From NCBI GenBank assembly GCA_035342335.1, contig DAOQWY010000008.1, positions 21,722 to 85,721 of the forward strand: 64,000 bases of DNA, written 5' to 3'. Shown one piece after another: positions 29,350 through 39,956 of the stretch (positions are counted from its first letter, which is position 1; each line of letters begins with the position of its first letter). Both the position numbers and the translations under genes were made by a program. The stretch comes from Bacteroidales bacterium. GTDB lineage: Bacteria > Bacteroidota > Bacteroidia > Bacteroidales > JAGONC01. The notes under the pieces are model-generated. The model was given only the letters and a program-made list of their open reading frames with translations. It had not been told where the DNA came from and ran no database searches.

Positions 29350-30834
29350 TTAGATCCCTTTTTGATAGTAGGCATGATTAAACCTGAGCTCCTTCTTAAA
29401 GTCAGGGATCGTTGTGTTTGTGTCAATGATGACCAGCTCAGTCCCGAACATTTCAGCCAGGTCTTCCATGTATTCCTTTGTCAGTGCCATGCTGAAGCTG
29501 GTATGGTGAGCGCCTCCGGCAAGGATCCAGGCGTGGGCACTGGTGTGCAGATCGGGTTCGGGTACCCACAGGGCGCGGGCGATGGGTAACATGGGCAGGG
29601 GTTTCGGAGTGATCACGTTCACCGGATTGACGATCATTCTCATTCGTCCTCCAAGGTCAACCAGTGTGGCCACGATCCCCCTGCCTGCCGGAACCGTGAA
29701 GACGAACCTCGCCGGGGCTTCTTTGCCTCCGATACCCAGCGGATGAACCTCGATCGTAGGTTTATCCGCTGCGAGCGACGGACATATTTCCAGCATGTGG
29801 GCATTCAGAACCGCAGGCTGCTCCGGATCCAGGTGATACGTATAGTCTTCCATGAAGGAGCATCCTCCCGTCATCCCTTCTGCCATGACTTTCATGATCC
29901 GTACCAGCGCTGATTGTTTCCAGTCACCCTCCGCTCCAAATCCCCAGCCCTGTTCCATCAACCGTTGGACTGCCAGGCCGGGGAGCTGTTCCAGACCGAA
30001 AAGATCCTCAAAGTTGGTGGTGAAGGCCCTGTAACCGTTCAACTCGAAGAATGCCTTCATTCCCAGTTCAATGCGGGCCTGGTAGCGAACCCGGTCGACT
30101 TGCCTTGTATTGAATGTGTATTTTTCCTGGTATTCGCTGATCAGCCATTCCACCTCTGCCCCTGATACTGCTTTCATGCTCTCCACAAGCTCTCCGATGC
30201 CATGATAATTGACCTGCCAGCCGAAGATCTTCTGAGCCTCTACCTTATCTCCTTCGGTTACGGCTACAGAGCGCATATTGTCGCCAAAACGGCAGATTTT
30301 CAATTTTCTGGATTCGTGATACCCGATCGCGGCCCGTGACCAGATCCCGATCGCATCCAGTACTTTTTCATCCTGCCAGTGTCCAACGACCACCTTACGG
30401 TGAATGCGCAGCCGTGTGCAGATGAACCCAAATTCACGGTCACCGTGTGCCGACTGGTTCAGGTTCATAAAATCCATGTCGATTTCATCCCAGGGGATAT
30501 CCCTGTTGAACTGTGTGTGCAGGTGAAGCAATGGTTTGGTTAGAATGCCGAGTCCTGTGATCCACATTTTGGCAGGTGAAAATGTGTGCATCCAGGTGAT
30601 GATACCCACACAGCTGCTGCTGGTATTTGCCAATTGACAGAGGTCTGTGATTTCGGAGGGTGTGGTCACCACGGGTTTGAAAACGACCATCACGGGAATT
30701 TTATCCGAGGCATTCAATGATCCGGCAATTGCCAGGGAATCTTCCTTCACTTTCCGAAGGGTTTCATCACCGTACAAATCCTGGCTGCCGGTAACGAACC
30801 ATAGTTCGTAATTTTGTATCTTACTGAAATTCAC
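29350..30834 (-). CDS. araA: L-arabinose isomerase
   Basis: WFVTGSQDLYG, WMHTFSPAKMW, NQSAHGDREFG, GFGAEGDWK, HMLEICP. Confidence 0.97.
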   Translation of the reverse strand: MNFSKIQNYELWFVTGSQDLYGDETLRKVKEDSLAIAGSLNASDKIPVMVVFKPVVTTPSEITDLCQLANTSSSCVGIITWMHTFSPAKMWITGLGILTKPLLHLHTQFNRDIPWDEIDMDFMNLNQSAHGDREFGFICTRLRIHRKVVVGHWQDEKVLDAIGIWSRAAIGYHESRKLKICRFGDNMRSVAVTEGDKVEAQKIFGWQVNYHGIGELVESMKAVSGAEVEWLISEYQEKYTFNTRQVDRVRYQARIELGMKAFFELNGYRAFTTNFEDLFGLEQLPGLAVQRLMEQGWGFGAEGDWKQSALVRIMKVMAEGMTGGCSFMEDYTYHLDPEQPAVLNAHMLEICPSLAADKPTIEVHPLGIGGKEAPARFVFTVPAGRGIVATLVDLGGRMRMIVNPVNVITPKPLPMLPIARALWVPEPDLHTSAHAWILAGGAHHTSFSMALTKEYMEDLAEMFGTELVIIDTNTTIPDFKKELRFNHAYYQKGI

Positions 30835-30924
30835 TTTTTTTATGATAAATTGTCAGATTGCTAAATGGTTATACATCGTTCGTCGTTCAATTGTTCAATT
30901 GTTTACTGTCAACCAACATCTGCC

Positions 30925-32613
30925 TTAATACCCCGCTGCCTGTCCATCTTTTCTGGATTCTGAAGCTCCATGATAGATTCCTGTTGCAGGATCCCGCATG
31001 ATAGCCTGGTATCCGCCGAAATTCCCGTCTGAAAAGCGGATGATGTGTCCTTTGCTTTTTAATTCGTCAATGGTTTGCTGAGGGAATCCCGATTCCATGA
31101 ACAAGATCCCCCCGTCCGACATTTTTTTTCCGGTTGGTTCGGAGGAACCACCGTGTCGGATGCGGGGTGCGTCACCCGCCTCCTGCAGGTTCATGCCGAA
31201 ATCGATCAGATTAACCACGATCTGTACATGTCCCTGTGGTTGCATGGAGCCTCCCATAACGCCAAAACTCATAAAGGGCCGGCCGTCTTTTGTGATGAAG
31301 GCTGGGATGATCGTATGGAATGGCCGTTTCCCAGATTCGAAAACATTCGGATGTCCTTGCTGAAGGCTGAAAAGCTCACCCCTGTCCTGAAGGACAAAGC
31401 CAAGCTTTCCTGGAGTCATGCCACTTCCCATGCCCCGGTAGTTGCTCTGAATCAGGGATACCATATTCCCCTGTTCGTCGGCCACCGTAAGGTAAATCGT
31501 GTTGCCGTGTTCAGGATCACCCGGTGCTACACTTCGTGCGGCTGAATCTAAATTAATCAACTTCCTTCTTTTAAATGCATATTCCTTTGAAATAAGCCAT
31601 CCGACAGGGATATCGGCAAAGGAGGGATCTGCATAGAAGTTTGCGCGGTCCTCGAAAGCAAGCTTGATAGCCTCCACCAGTAGGTGAACATAGGCGGAAT
31701 TTCCGAATCCCAGCGATTGCAGGTCGTAGCCCTCAAGGAGATTCAGTATCTGCAAAGCGGCAATGCCCTGACCATTTGGAGGTAATTCCCAAACATCATA
31801 CCCACGGTAATTGACCGATACCGGTTGAACCCACTCTGACGTGTGACTTTCCAGGTCCTTTTTCGTCAGGAAACCTCCGTGACGTTTCATATAGGCTTCA
31901 ATGCTGTCTGCAATCTCACCTGTATAGAAAATTTCCCGGCCGAGGACCGCTATTTTTTCGAGTGTAGCAGCCAGGCAGGGATTTTTAAAAACCTCTCCTT
32001 TTTTAGGGGCCCTTCCATCAGGCAGGAATATTTCGGCAAAGCCCGGGAAGCTTTTTAAAATTTCACCATTTTTTCCCCAGTAATAGGCAATCAGTTCCGA
32101 GACAGGAAATCCATTTCGGGCATAAGCAATGGCAGGTTGAAGGATATGGGTCATGGGGAGGGAACCGAAACGGTCGTGCATCTCAAACCATCCGTCCACA
32201 CAGCCCGGCACCGATACCGGAAGGGGGCCCAGGGAGGGTATTTTGTCGAGACCTTTTTCTTTAAAATAGGAAAGGGACAAAGAAGCCGGGGAACGGCCAC
32301 TGGCATTTAACCCATACAGCTGGTTGGAATTTGCATCCCAAATGATAGCGAACAGGTCACCGCCAATTCCGCACCCTGTCGGTTCCATCAGGCCGAGGAC
32401 AGCGTTGGCGGCAATGGCTGCATCAACTGCATTTCCACCCGCTTTTAGAATATCCAGTGCGACCTGGGTTGCCAACGGCTGACTCGTGGCTGCCATTCCA
32501 TGCTGAGCTATGACTTCCGAACGGGTAGCAAAAGGCAGCCCGGTGATCCTGTCCTGGGCATGTCCAAACAGATTCATAAACAAGTAGAATGAAATAACAA
32601 CCTTCTGCTTCAT
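30925..32613 (-). CDS. ggt: Gamma-glutamyltransferase
   Basis: GGNAVDAAIA, catalytic Thr in NTIYLTVAD, KRPFHTIIP, GVMGG, QPQGHVQ. Confidence 0.95.
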   Translation of the reverse strand: MKQKVVISFYLFMNLFGHAQDRITGLPFATRSEVIAQHGMAATSQPLATQVALDILKAGGNAVDAAIAANAVLGLMEPTGCGIGGDLFAIIWDANSNQLYGLNASGRSPASLSLSYFKEKGLDKIPSLGPLPVSVPGCVDGWFEMHDRFGSLPMTHILQPAIAYARNGFPVSELIAYYWGKNGEILKSFPGFAEIFLPDGRAPKKGEVFKNPCLAATLEKIAVLGREIFYTGEIADSIEAYMKRHGGFLTKKDLESHTSEWVQPVSVNYRGYDVWELPPNGQGIAALQILNLLEGYDLQSLGFGNSAYVHLLVEAIKLAFEDRANFYADPSFADIPVGWLISKEYAFKRRKLINLDSAARSVAPGDPEHGNTIYLTVADEQGNMVSLIQSNYRGMGSGMTPGKLGFVLQDRGELFSLQQGHPNVFESGKRPFHTIIPAFITKDGRPFMSFGVMGGSMQPQGHVQIVVNLIDFGMNLQEAGDAPRIRHGGSSEPTGKKMSDGGILFMESGFPQQTIDELKSKGHIIRFSDGNFGGYQAIMRDPATGIYHGASESRKDGQAAGY

Positions 32614-32719
32614 GAGAAGCAACTTTCAATTTTAGCAAATTTATAAATTAATCAAGGTTTTTATGCAATTTAACAGTTTTGTTAATGATCCCCATTGAAG
32701 CAGTTGACCTGCTGTAAGA

Positions 32720-34045
32720 TCAGGGAATGAAGACTTTTTCCTGATGCACCGGGTGATCTTTGCTGGCTATGGTCATCAAATAGATTCCTGCGGGGATTTC
32801 TCCCCTGATCCTGATGGGCTGATTCCCACTGATCACCTGCGATGAAATGTGGCTCCCCTGCATTGAGTAAAGGGAAAATAAATAAGTCGCATTATCCTTC
32901 AATCCAATACAGCTGATGGATCTGGCTGAAGAAGAAATGGTTTCCCATCTGCAGGAGATACAGTCGGCAGTCATGACTTCCGGAATGGAAAGAACTTTCT
33001 TGTAAACGAACTGTTTCCGTAGAGAATTTTCCCATTTCTGGTCCTGTGTCCGGTTTTGCAGGACGTAATCCACCTGGTCGCCTTCCAAATCGTACGAATA
33101 GATATTTCTCGATGTGTTTTCCCAGACTGAGTCGGGAGGATTCCATAAAGAGTTTACGGCATAACTGATCAATCCGAGCTCATTGTAAATGTATTCCGTC
33201 CGGGTTTTATTCTCCCAGCCAGACTGATTGACATTCCAGTGCTGGTAGACTGTTTCCAGAATGTGATGATCATTGTCATACAGGGAAAGGCTGTTGCTGG
33301 AAGGGATCCATTTCTCTGAACCATCATCCCAAACCTGCATGAGCTCATTGACCAGGTTGCCTGAAAGATCGTACAGGCTTGTCTTCTTGCTAAGGTTCAA
33401 CCAGGCTGAATCAGATGATTTCCAGTAGGAGGTCAGGATAATGGAGTCATTTCCGGTGCTGTTATACAGCGTTTCAATTTTCTGAGAGAAAAGCCATCCT
33501 GACGATTCCGGATCCCAGGTCAAGGAGATGGATTGAATCTGCTTGTCAGCACTATCGAAGAGGTATTGATTCAAACGGAAATTGACCCAGTCGCTGATGT
33601 CCGGTGACCATCTTTGCCATTTCCACTCGGTCCTTTTTCCCTGATCATCGTAAACAAAGGTAAACAGCGTATAATTATTCCACTTTTGTGCTATAAGTTC
33701 ATATTCCTGTTTCAGTTCTTCGATCCGCAGGCTGTTTTTTAGCGTGTACAGAACCCTGGAATCGTCATACCAAAAATATCCGTATGACTCGTCCCAGTGC
33801 TTTCTGTTCAGTTTGATCAGATCCGTGTTGTTGTCGTAATAAAACAGATCCAGATCCTCATTGACCCAGTATCCGATGTTGGTTCTCCAGAAATAGGAAT
33901 ACAGGGAGTCAAGAAGCTTTATGGTGTCCTTAAGAGGCTGGGCTCCAGGGGCTAAGTAGGGATACGTTTCGGGCTGAGAATGCAGGTTTCTTCCTGTAAG
34001 GGAGATGATGACAACGGTAATGCAAATGAATATCCTGAAATGCAT
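32720..34045 (-). CDS. Secreted Trp/Tyr-rich beta-repeat protein (DUF3836-like) with degenerate T9SS CTD
   Basis: Repeats of W...W.N..K..Y.YD..G at about 31-aa spacing; C-terminus LYSMQG...AGIYLMTI...EKVFIP. Confidence 0.75.
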   Translation of the reverse strand: MHFRIFICITVVIISLTGRNLHSQPETYPYLAPGAQPLKDTIKLLDSLYSYFWRTNIGYWVNEDLDLFYYDNNTDLIKLNRKHWDESYGYFWYDDSRVLYTLKNSLRIEELKQEYELIAQKWNNYTLFTFVYDDQGKRTEWKWQRWSPDISDWVNFRLNQYLFDSADKQIQSISLTWDPESSGWLFSQKIETLYNSTGNDSIILTSYWKSSDSAWLNLSKKTSLYDLSGNLVNELMQVWDDGSEKWIPSSNSLSLYDNDHHILETVYQHWNVNQSGWENKTRTEYIYNELGLISYAVNSLWNPPDSVWENTSRNIYSYDLEGDQVDYVLQNRTQDQKWENSLRKQFVYKKVLSIPEVMTADCISCRWETISSSARSISCIGLKDNATYLFSLYSMQGSHISSQVISGNQPIRIRGEIPAGIYLMTIASKDHPVHQEKVFIP

Positions 34046-34099
34046 GCCCTGGATTTTCTCGTAAAATTACGTCATTTTTGCCAAATGTGGAGGCTGATG

Positions 34100-35167
34100 C
34101 TATCCTTCAATGAAATTCACAGCTGATGCTTTGAAAGACACCCACAAGATGTCGCCTTCACGCAGTTGAAGGCTGGAGAGCGCATCCTGGGTGATGACTG
34201 CAAGAATATGGACCCCGATATCCACGGTGACCTCAAACCCCCTGATGCACGGTGAGATGTCCAGTACAATGCCCGCAAAATTATTCCGTGCACTGGAATC
34301 GGTCTGTATGCGGCTCAGGATGACGTCCTCCGCACGGAGGATGACAAAACCGCTTCCTGTCCGTTCCTGATCCTGGATGAAGAAGCACAGTTCATCCGTA
34401 ATCCGGGCCCTGCATAGCGTGCTCCCTTCCTGATCACCCGGGGGGGTCACGTAGACAGAAAAAAAGTTCTTGATTCCGATGAAGCTTGCGGTAAACGCAT
34501 TCCGTGGATGTTGAAATACATCGGCAATGGTACCTGACTGGATGATCTCACCATCATTCAGAACTGCCACTTTGTTGCCCAGGGTGATGGCTTCTTCATA
34601 GTCGTGTGTCACGTGCAGAATTGTCATCCCATCCTGGTTGATCTTCCGGAGAAGTTTCCGCAGTTCCTTTTTCAGTTCAACGTCGAGAGAGGCCAGCGGT
34701 TCATCCAGCAGGAGCACGGAGGGATTCAGGGCAAGCGTCCGGGCCAGGGCTACACGTTGCTGCTCTCCTCCGGACAATGTGCCTGGTTTGCGGTGCAATA
34801 GATGGCTGATGTTCATTTGCACGGCGAGTTTCGAAATGACAGGCTCTGCCGATGCTTTATTCACGCCCCGGCTTTTCAGGGGATAGGCAATATTTTCGTG
34901 TACAGTGAGATGTGGGAAAAGGGCATGATCCTGGTAAACAAGACCAACCCCCCTGGACTGGATCTTTTGCCGGGTGATCTCCCTATCGTTGAGATAGATA
35001 TGCCCGCTGATGGGCCTGACAATGCCCGCAATGCTTTCCAGAAGCACCGATTTGCCGGCGCCTGAAATCCCCAGGACAACGAAATAATCACCGCGGTCCA
35101 CCTGCATCTCAATATTCTGCAGAGAGAATTCTCCCAGATTCACCGAAAGCCGCTCAATTCTTAGCAT
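34100..35167 (-). CDS. wtpC: ABC ATPase of a tungstate/molybdate transporter with TOBE domains
   Basis: GISGAGKS, LSGGEQQR, LLLDEP; TOBE features SSARNNFAG and WVSFKASAV. Confidence 0.85.
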   Translation of the reverse strand: MLRIERLSVNLGEFSLQNIEMQVDRGDYFVVLGISGAGKSVLLESIAGIVRPISGHIYLNDREITRQKIQSRGVGLVYQDHALFPHLTVHENIAYPLKSRGVNKASAEPVISKLAVQMNISHLLHRKPGTLSGGEQQRVALARTLALNPSVLLLDEPLASLDVELKKELRKLLRKINQDGMTILHVTHDYEEAITLGNKVAVLNDGEIIQSGTIADVFQHPRNAFTASFIGIKNFFSVYVTPPGDQEGSTLCRARITDELCFFIQDQERTGSGFVILRAEDVILSRIQTDSSARNNFAGIVLDISPCIRGFEVTVDIGVHILAVITQDALSSLQLREGDILWVSFKASAVNFIEG

Positions 35168-35942
35168 GGCTCTTATCTTTCGTTAGCAGGCGAAGGACGA
35201 TAAATACCGCCAGGGAGACCAGAATGAACAGTACGGCCACAGGCCGTGCATACTTGAGTCCGAATGCTCCGAAACGCTCAAAGATAAGCACCGGCGTGAT
35301 CATGGGGTGATAAGCCACGATGACCACCGCGCCAAATTCGCTCATCCCGCGTGCAAACATCAGGATCAGGCCAGTGACTACGTTCCTCCAGGCCAGAGGC
35401 AGTGAAACCGTAAAAAAAACCCGCGCGGGGGATGCTCCCAGGTTGAGGCCTGCATTTTCAAGTCTGACGGGCACACCCGCAAAGCCATCCATAGCCGAAT
35501 TGACCAGAAATGGTAGGCTCACAAATGCCATGGCCAGTGCAATGCCTGCAGGAGTGCTTACAAAATCGAATCCTGCCAGCGATGCGGCCTTTCCGATCAC
35601 GGTGTCCCTTGAAATGAAACCCAGGATGGCGATCCCGGCAGCAGAATGCGGGATGACCACAGGCAGGTTGATGATGCCAAGCACCATTGGCTTGAACCGG
35701 AAATTCCTTCTGACGAGCAGGTAAGCAAGAGGAATGGCCCCAATGGCAAAGATCAGGGTTGCGGCCATACTGGTCCACAGGGTCAGCCAAACACTCCTCA
35801 TGACCTCCGGATCCTGGCTGGTCTCAAACAGATTGCCGGGTGTCGTCTTTAGAAACATCCCCAGAAGGGGAGCGATGATGAAAAGCAAAACCAGTCCCCC
35901 GAGGATGATGAGGATGAGTTGGAAGAGACCGGTGGTTTTCAT
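35154..35942 (-). CDS. wtpB: ABC permease of a tungstate/molybdate transporter
   Basis: LPVVIPHSAAGI, EAA-like loop, ARGMSEFGAVVIVAYHP. Confidence 0.85.
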   Translation of the reverse strand: MKTTGLFQLILIILGGLVLLFIIAPLLGMFLKTTPGNLFETSQDPEVMRSVWLTLWTSMAATLIFAIGAIPLAYLLVRRNFRFKPMVLGIINLPVVIPHSAAGIAILGFISRDTVIGKAASLAGFDFVSTPAGIALAMAFVSLPFLVNSAMDGFAGVPVRLENAGLNLGASPARVFFTVSLPLAWRNVVTGLILMFARGMSEFGAVVIVAYHPMITPVLIFERFGAFGLKYARPVAVLFILVSLAVFIVLRLLTKDKSHAKN

Positions 35943-35953
35943 GAAATCAAAAA

Positions 35954-36997
35954 TTAAAAATCAGCCCGGATTTCCTCGAGGGAGAAGACGGCACGGTCGG
36001 AGAAGAAATCAGCACTCGGGAACAGCCTGAAGCGGCCGCCTTCCTCGCCTTCCCCGACATCGACAATGATCACCTCCGACTGATCGTTCCGGTTAATGAT
36101 CTCACTCAGCGTAAACGCACTGCGATAACCATCTGCGCCCTTGACGGTGACCAAGCCGTTACGGAGGGCACCCGTTGCAGAATGGATATACTGTGCTAAC
36201 AGATCTTTGAGCATCACACCCTGGAAAGGAGTGACACTGTGAATCCCCCTGCCGCGCCCATAAAAAATGGTTGGATATGTAATAAATTGACAATTAGTTG
36301 GTAATATAGTAAATGAGCTTAACAGCGAGTCATTCCGGAAGATGGATACAGCATCGGTATATTTTTTATCCCGGTCAACAGGGAAGGATTTCCCCAGTGA
36401 CTTCACCGTGATGGCCACCGGATCCGATAGATTCCTTTCCGTGATCAGATCAGGGACTGCCACTATTTTCCAGGAACCGGGCAGTGGCCAGTGGTCTTTT
36501 GTTTTGGAGGGAACGATCTCCATTACCTTCGTTGCCAGGATGATCTGATGACGATTGACAGGGTAATAGATCTCGCCCCAGCTGAAAACGGCTTTCTCAC
36601 CTTCCTTGTTGGTGATCTCCACATACAGGTCAATGATGGGCGGGAATTCTTCTTTGTTTACCTTATCGGGTACAAACTGGTTCAGGATATCAAACAGAGA
36701 ATAACCGTCGTAACGGTAAGCTCCCACAAACCGGTTGGAATCACCCGACAGGATGGTTTCTTTCACAATCACGGAATGGAGGGGGAGCGAACCCAGGTCA
36801 ACATTTCCCGGACGGTAGACTTCGCCATCCACCATCAATTCCCCTTTGGTCAGTTCATGAACCGGCTCGTTGTCATAGAAATCGTTCGTCAGATCGGCCG
36901 TATCCCTTGCATTCCCTACCGTTGTCACTGTCACCGATGGATTGTTCGTGCAGGATGCCACGAGGAAGGGGATGATCATAATTAAACTGTGTTTCAT
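35954..36997 (-). CDS. Lipoprotein with two molybdopterin-oxidoreductase-like (SUOX-fold) repeats
   Basis: Lipobox LVASC; repeat 1 YDGYSLFDIL...NKEGEKAVFSWGEI; repeat 2 FQGVMLKDLL...GADGYRSAFTLSEI. Confidence 0.6.
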   Translation of the reverse strand: MKHSLIMIIPFLVASCTNNPSVTVTTVGNARDTADLTNDFYDNEPVHELTKGELMVDGEVYRPGNVDLGSLPLHSVIVKETILSGDSNRFVGAYRYDGYSLFDILNQFVPDKVNKEEFPPIIDLYVEITNKEGEKAVFSWGEIYYPVNRHQIILATKVMEIVPSKTKDHWPLPGSWKIVAVPDLITERNLSDPVAITVKSLGKSFPVDRDKKYTDAVSIFRNDSLLSSFTILPTNCQFITYPTIFYGRGRGIHSVTPFQGVMLKDLLAQYIHSATGALRNGLVTVKGADGYRSAFTLSEIINRNDQSEVIIVDVGEGEEGGRFRLFPSADFFSDRAVFSLEEIRADF

Positions 36998-37088
36998 GGT
37001 TGCTTCATTGGTTAAAAAGTTTATAATCAGTTTATGTAATTGATTGTTAGATTGTCAAATTGTTTTACTGCCAACTACTGACCGTTGA

Positions 37089-37106
37089 TCCCGACTTCCG
37101 TCGGGA
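37089..37106. repeat. REP-like palindrome
   Basis: TCCCGAC-TTCC-GTCGGGA just downstream of the wtpA stop codon. Confidence 0.55.
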
Positions 37107-37124
37107 CGTCGCTTCGCTCCGCTG

Positions 37125-38156
37125 TCAACCGCCTCCCGTTTCCCTCCTCGCATAAGCCTTGAACCGTTCAGGGATCTGGTCATACGACGCGGAAGCCGCA
37201 GGGATCACCGAAGGCTGACCGCAGGATTCCAGGATCTGTTGACCCCTGGCGGATAAGGCAAACTCCACAAATGCCTGCGCAATCGTTCCACTGGGGGCAT
37301 CCTTCAGGATCGTCAGGCTGTAAAGCATCGGCTCGCCGGTCAGGGTAATCAGCTGTCCGGGCTCCCTGCCGTTGATCTCGGTGGAAACAGTGGCGTACAG
37401 GTCGGCAAGGCCGGGTGATTTCAGGTTGATCTCCTCCGGTAACCCTATAAAATCCAGCTGATGCTGGCGGGCAACGGACCTGTAGTTGAAAACATAGTCC
37501 ACCGTGCTGGTCTCAAGCAGTGCGATCAGGTCGACTTCCTTGGGACGTATGTATTGATTGTCCTTGGATTTCAGCAGACCGGCCAGACCCGGCCTCTGGT
37601 AATGTTTTTCGGCCAGCAGAAAGGTTTGAACAGTCCTGTAGCCGCAAGGATCCTGGTTTGGATCGGACCGTGCAAACCTGACATCCTCTTTCAACAGGAC
37701 CTGATGCCAGTTGAGCGAATCGATCATTGCCCGGTATTTTGATTTTTCCGTATAGGCGATCACCATTTCGTTGGCGGCAAACTTAATGTTCCAGGATGCA
37801 AACTCCGGAATGAGCAGTTCGTCGATGACCCGATAGTCGGAAACGGCAATGATGTCGCAGGGCCGTTTCAGGTCGGTGATCTTTCTTGCACTTGCCAGGC
37901 TTCCCCCGGCCTCTGTTTTGATACGAACGTCGGGATAAAGTTCGTTGAATGCAGTTGCCATCTCCCGGAACGGTACCGCCAGGCTGCCGGCGTGAAAGAT
38001 GATCAGCTCACCCTTCATCAGGAAAGGTTTCCGTGCCTCGGGAGAGGATTCCCTGTCCGTGCCGGCCGGATGACAACCCGTTGAAACCATCAGAAAGATG
38101 GCGGGGGCCAACAGCAGCCATCGCGATCGAATCGGCAGTAGGAGGTTTTGAATCAT
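37125..38156 (-). CDS. wtpA: Tungstate/molybdate-binding protein WtpA
   Basis: IFHAGSL, RSDPNQDPCGYR, RPKEVDL (Asp/Glu metal-ligand motifs of WtpA), YRSVARQH. Confidence 0.88.
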   Translation of the reverse strand: MIQNLLLPIRSRWLLLAPAIFLMVSTGCHPAGTDRESSPEARKPFLMKGELIIFHAGSLAVPFREMATAFNELYPDVRIKTEAGGSLASARKITDLKRPCDIIAVSDYRVIDELLIPEFASWNIKFAANEMVIAYTEKSKYRAMIDSLNWHQVLLKEDVRFARSDPNQDPCGYRTVQTFLLAEKHYQRPGLAGLLKSKDNQYIRPKEVDLIALLETSTVDYVFNYRSVARQHQLDFIGLPEEINLKSPGLADLYATVSTEINGREPGQLITLTGEPMLYSLTILKDAPSGTIAQAFVEFALSARGQQILESCGQPSVIPAASASYDQIPERFKAYARRETGGG

Positions 38157-38271
38157 TTTTGGTCAAAACTATACGCAAATGGCAAAATTAACAGTTTGGG
38201 ACGAATCACTGGCTTTGCCGTGAACAATTTCTATCCCTGAGCGTTCTTATGTAACAGAAAAACCAGAACAG

Positions 38272-39918
38272 ATGAACAACGCCCTTTATGCTTTTGAATA
38301 CCCCGAAAACGAGCCGATACGTTCCTATGTTCCCGGAAGCAGGGATCGCAAGGGAGTGATCGCTGAATTGAAAAAGATGAGTAACGAGTTGGTGGATATC
38401 CCTTTGATCATTGGAGGCAAGGAAATCCGAACCGGGGACATTGATCAGGTGGTGATGCCGCACCGTCATCAGCATCAGCTTGCGGTATATCACAAAGCTT
38501 CACCGAAAGAGGTGAAGCTGGCCGTTGAAGCTGCACTGAAAGCCCACCGGCAATGGGAATCGATGTTCTGGGTGGAGCGACTGTCGATCATGCTGAAAAT
38601 TGCGGAGCTTGTCGCCACAAAATACCGTCCGGTGATCAATGCGGCGACCATGCTGGGCCAATCCAAGAGCATTTTCCAGGCTGAGATCGATGCTGCCTGT
38701 GAAACCATTGACTTCCTGCGTTTCAACGGACACTATATTTCTGATATTTACAACGAACAACCCCATTCCGAAAAGGGGATCATCAACCGGATCGAATACA
38801 GGCCGCTGGAAGGATTTGTCTTTGCCGTAACCCCTTTCAATTTCACGTCCATTGCTTCCAATCTGAACCTTGCTCCGGCGCTCATGGGAAACACGCTGAT
38901 CTGGAAACCGGCAAGCACCTCATTACTGTCGAATTACTACCTGATGAAAATTTTCCAGGAAGCTGGATTGCCTGACGGCGTGGTCAATTTCATTCCCGGA
39001 CCGGGTTCTTCCATCGGGAACGCAGTCATGGCCGACAGGCATCTGGCGGGGGTTCATTTTACGGGTTCCAATGCCACCTTCAACAGGTTATGGAAAATGA
39101 CTTCCGAGCATCTGTCCAGCTATAAATCCTATCCCATGATCGTTGGGGAGACCGGGGGCAAGGATTTTGTTTTCGTGCACACCTCCGCTGATCCCGAAGA
39201 GGTGGCTACCGCCCTGATAAGAGGTGCGTTTGAATATCAGGGCCAGAAATGTTCCGCCGCATCCAGGGCCTACATTCCTGAATCACTCTGGAAAGAGATC
39301 AGGGAACGGCTTACCGATATGCATTCCCAGATAAAGATGGGTGATCCTGCCGATTTTGAAAACTTTATGAATGCTGTGATCGACAAGGCATCCTTTGACA
39401 ATATCATGGGCTATATACATAAAGCAGAGCAGTCGGCTGATACCGAAGTCATCCTTGGCGGAAAAGGTGACCATACCGAGGGCTTTTTCATTGAGCCGAC
39501 CATCATTCTGACCAGGGACCCGCATTTTCTGACCATGGAAGAGGAGATCTTTGGACCTGTGCTGACCATCTTTGTTTATAAGGACGACCGTTTTGAAGAG
39601 ACGTTACATCTATGCGATGAAACCTCGCCTTACGGATTGACTGGCTCCATCTTTGCCCGTGACCGCTATGCACTGACCAGGGCAGGTGATCTTCTCAAAT
39701 ACGCTGCAGGAAACCTCTATTACAACGACAAGCCCACCGGGGCCGTGGTAGGGCAGCAGCCTTTCGGAGGCTCGCGGCAGTCGGGAACCAACGATAAGGC
39801 CGGGAGTTTCATGAACCTCCTTCGCTGGACAAATCCCCGCACTATCAAGGAGAACCTGCTGCCCGCAACGGATTTCAAGTATCCGTTTATGAAGAAGGAC
39901 CAGTGTCAGAAGGAATAA
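38272..39918 (+). CDS. pruA: L-glutamate gamma-semialdehyde (P5C) dehydrogenase
   Basis: PFNFTSI, HFTGS, GETGGKDF, FEYQGQKCSA, EEIFGPVL, GQQPFGG. Confidence 0.95.
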   Translation: MNNALYAFEYPENEPIRSYVPGSRDRKGVIAELKKMSNELVDIPLIIGGKEIRTGDIDQVVMPHRHQHQLAVYHKASPKEVKLAVEAALKAHRQWESMFWVERLSIMLKIAELVATKYRPVINAATMLGQSKSIFQAEIDAACETIDFLRFNGHYISDIYNEQPHSEKGIINRIEYRPLEGFVFAVTPFNFTSIASNLNLAPALMGNTLIWKPASTSLLSNYYLMKIFQEAGLPDGVVNFIPGPGSSIGNAVMADRHLAGVHFTGSNATFNRLWKMTSEHLSSYKSYPMIVGETGGKDFVFVHTSADPEEVATALIRGAFEYQGQKCSAASRAYIPESLWKEIRERLTDMHSQIKMGDPADFENFMNAVIDKASFDNIMGYIHKAEQSADTEVILGGKGDHTEGFFIEPTIILTRDPHFLTMEEEIFGPVLTIFVYKDDRFEETLHLCDETSPYGLTGSIFARDRYALTRAGDLLKYAAGNLYYNDKPTGAVVGQQPFGGSRQSGTNDKAGSFMNLLRWTNPRTIKENLLPATDFKYPFMKKDQCQKE

Positions 39919-39952
39919 ATCGGCAATCAGCAATCGGCAATCAGCAATCGGG
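39918..39952. repeat. Heptamer tandem tract (AATCRGC) between convergent genes
   Basis: aatcggc aatcagc aatcggc aatcagc aatcggg. Confidence 0.85.
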
Positions 39953-39956
39953 AAAT

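Noticed and set aside
15743..30834. xyl and ara genes as a polysaccharide utilisation locus
   Set aside because: There is no susC/susD pair or glycoside hydrolase alongside them. These are ordinary pentose catabolic operons.
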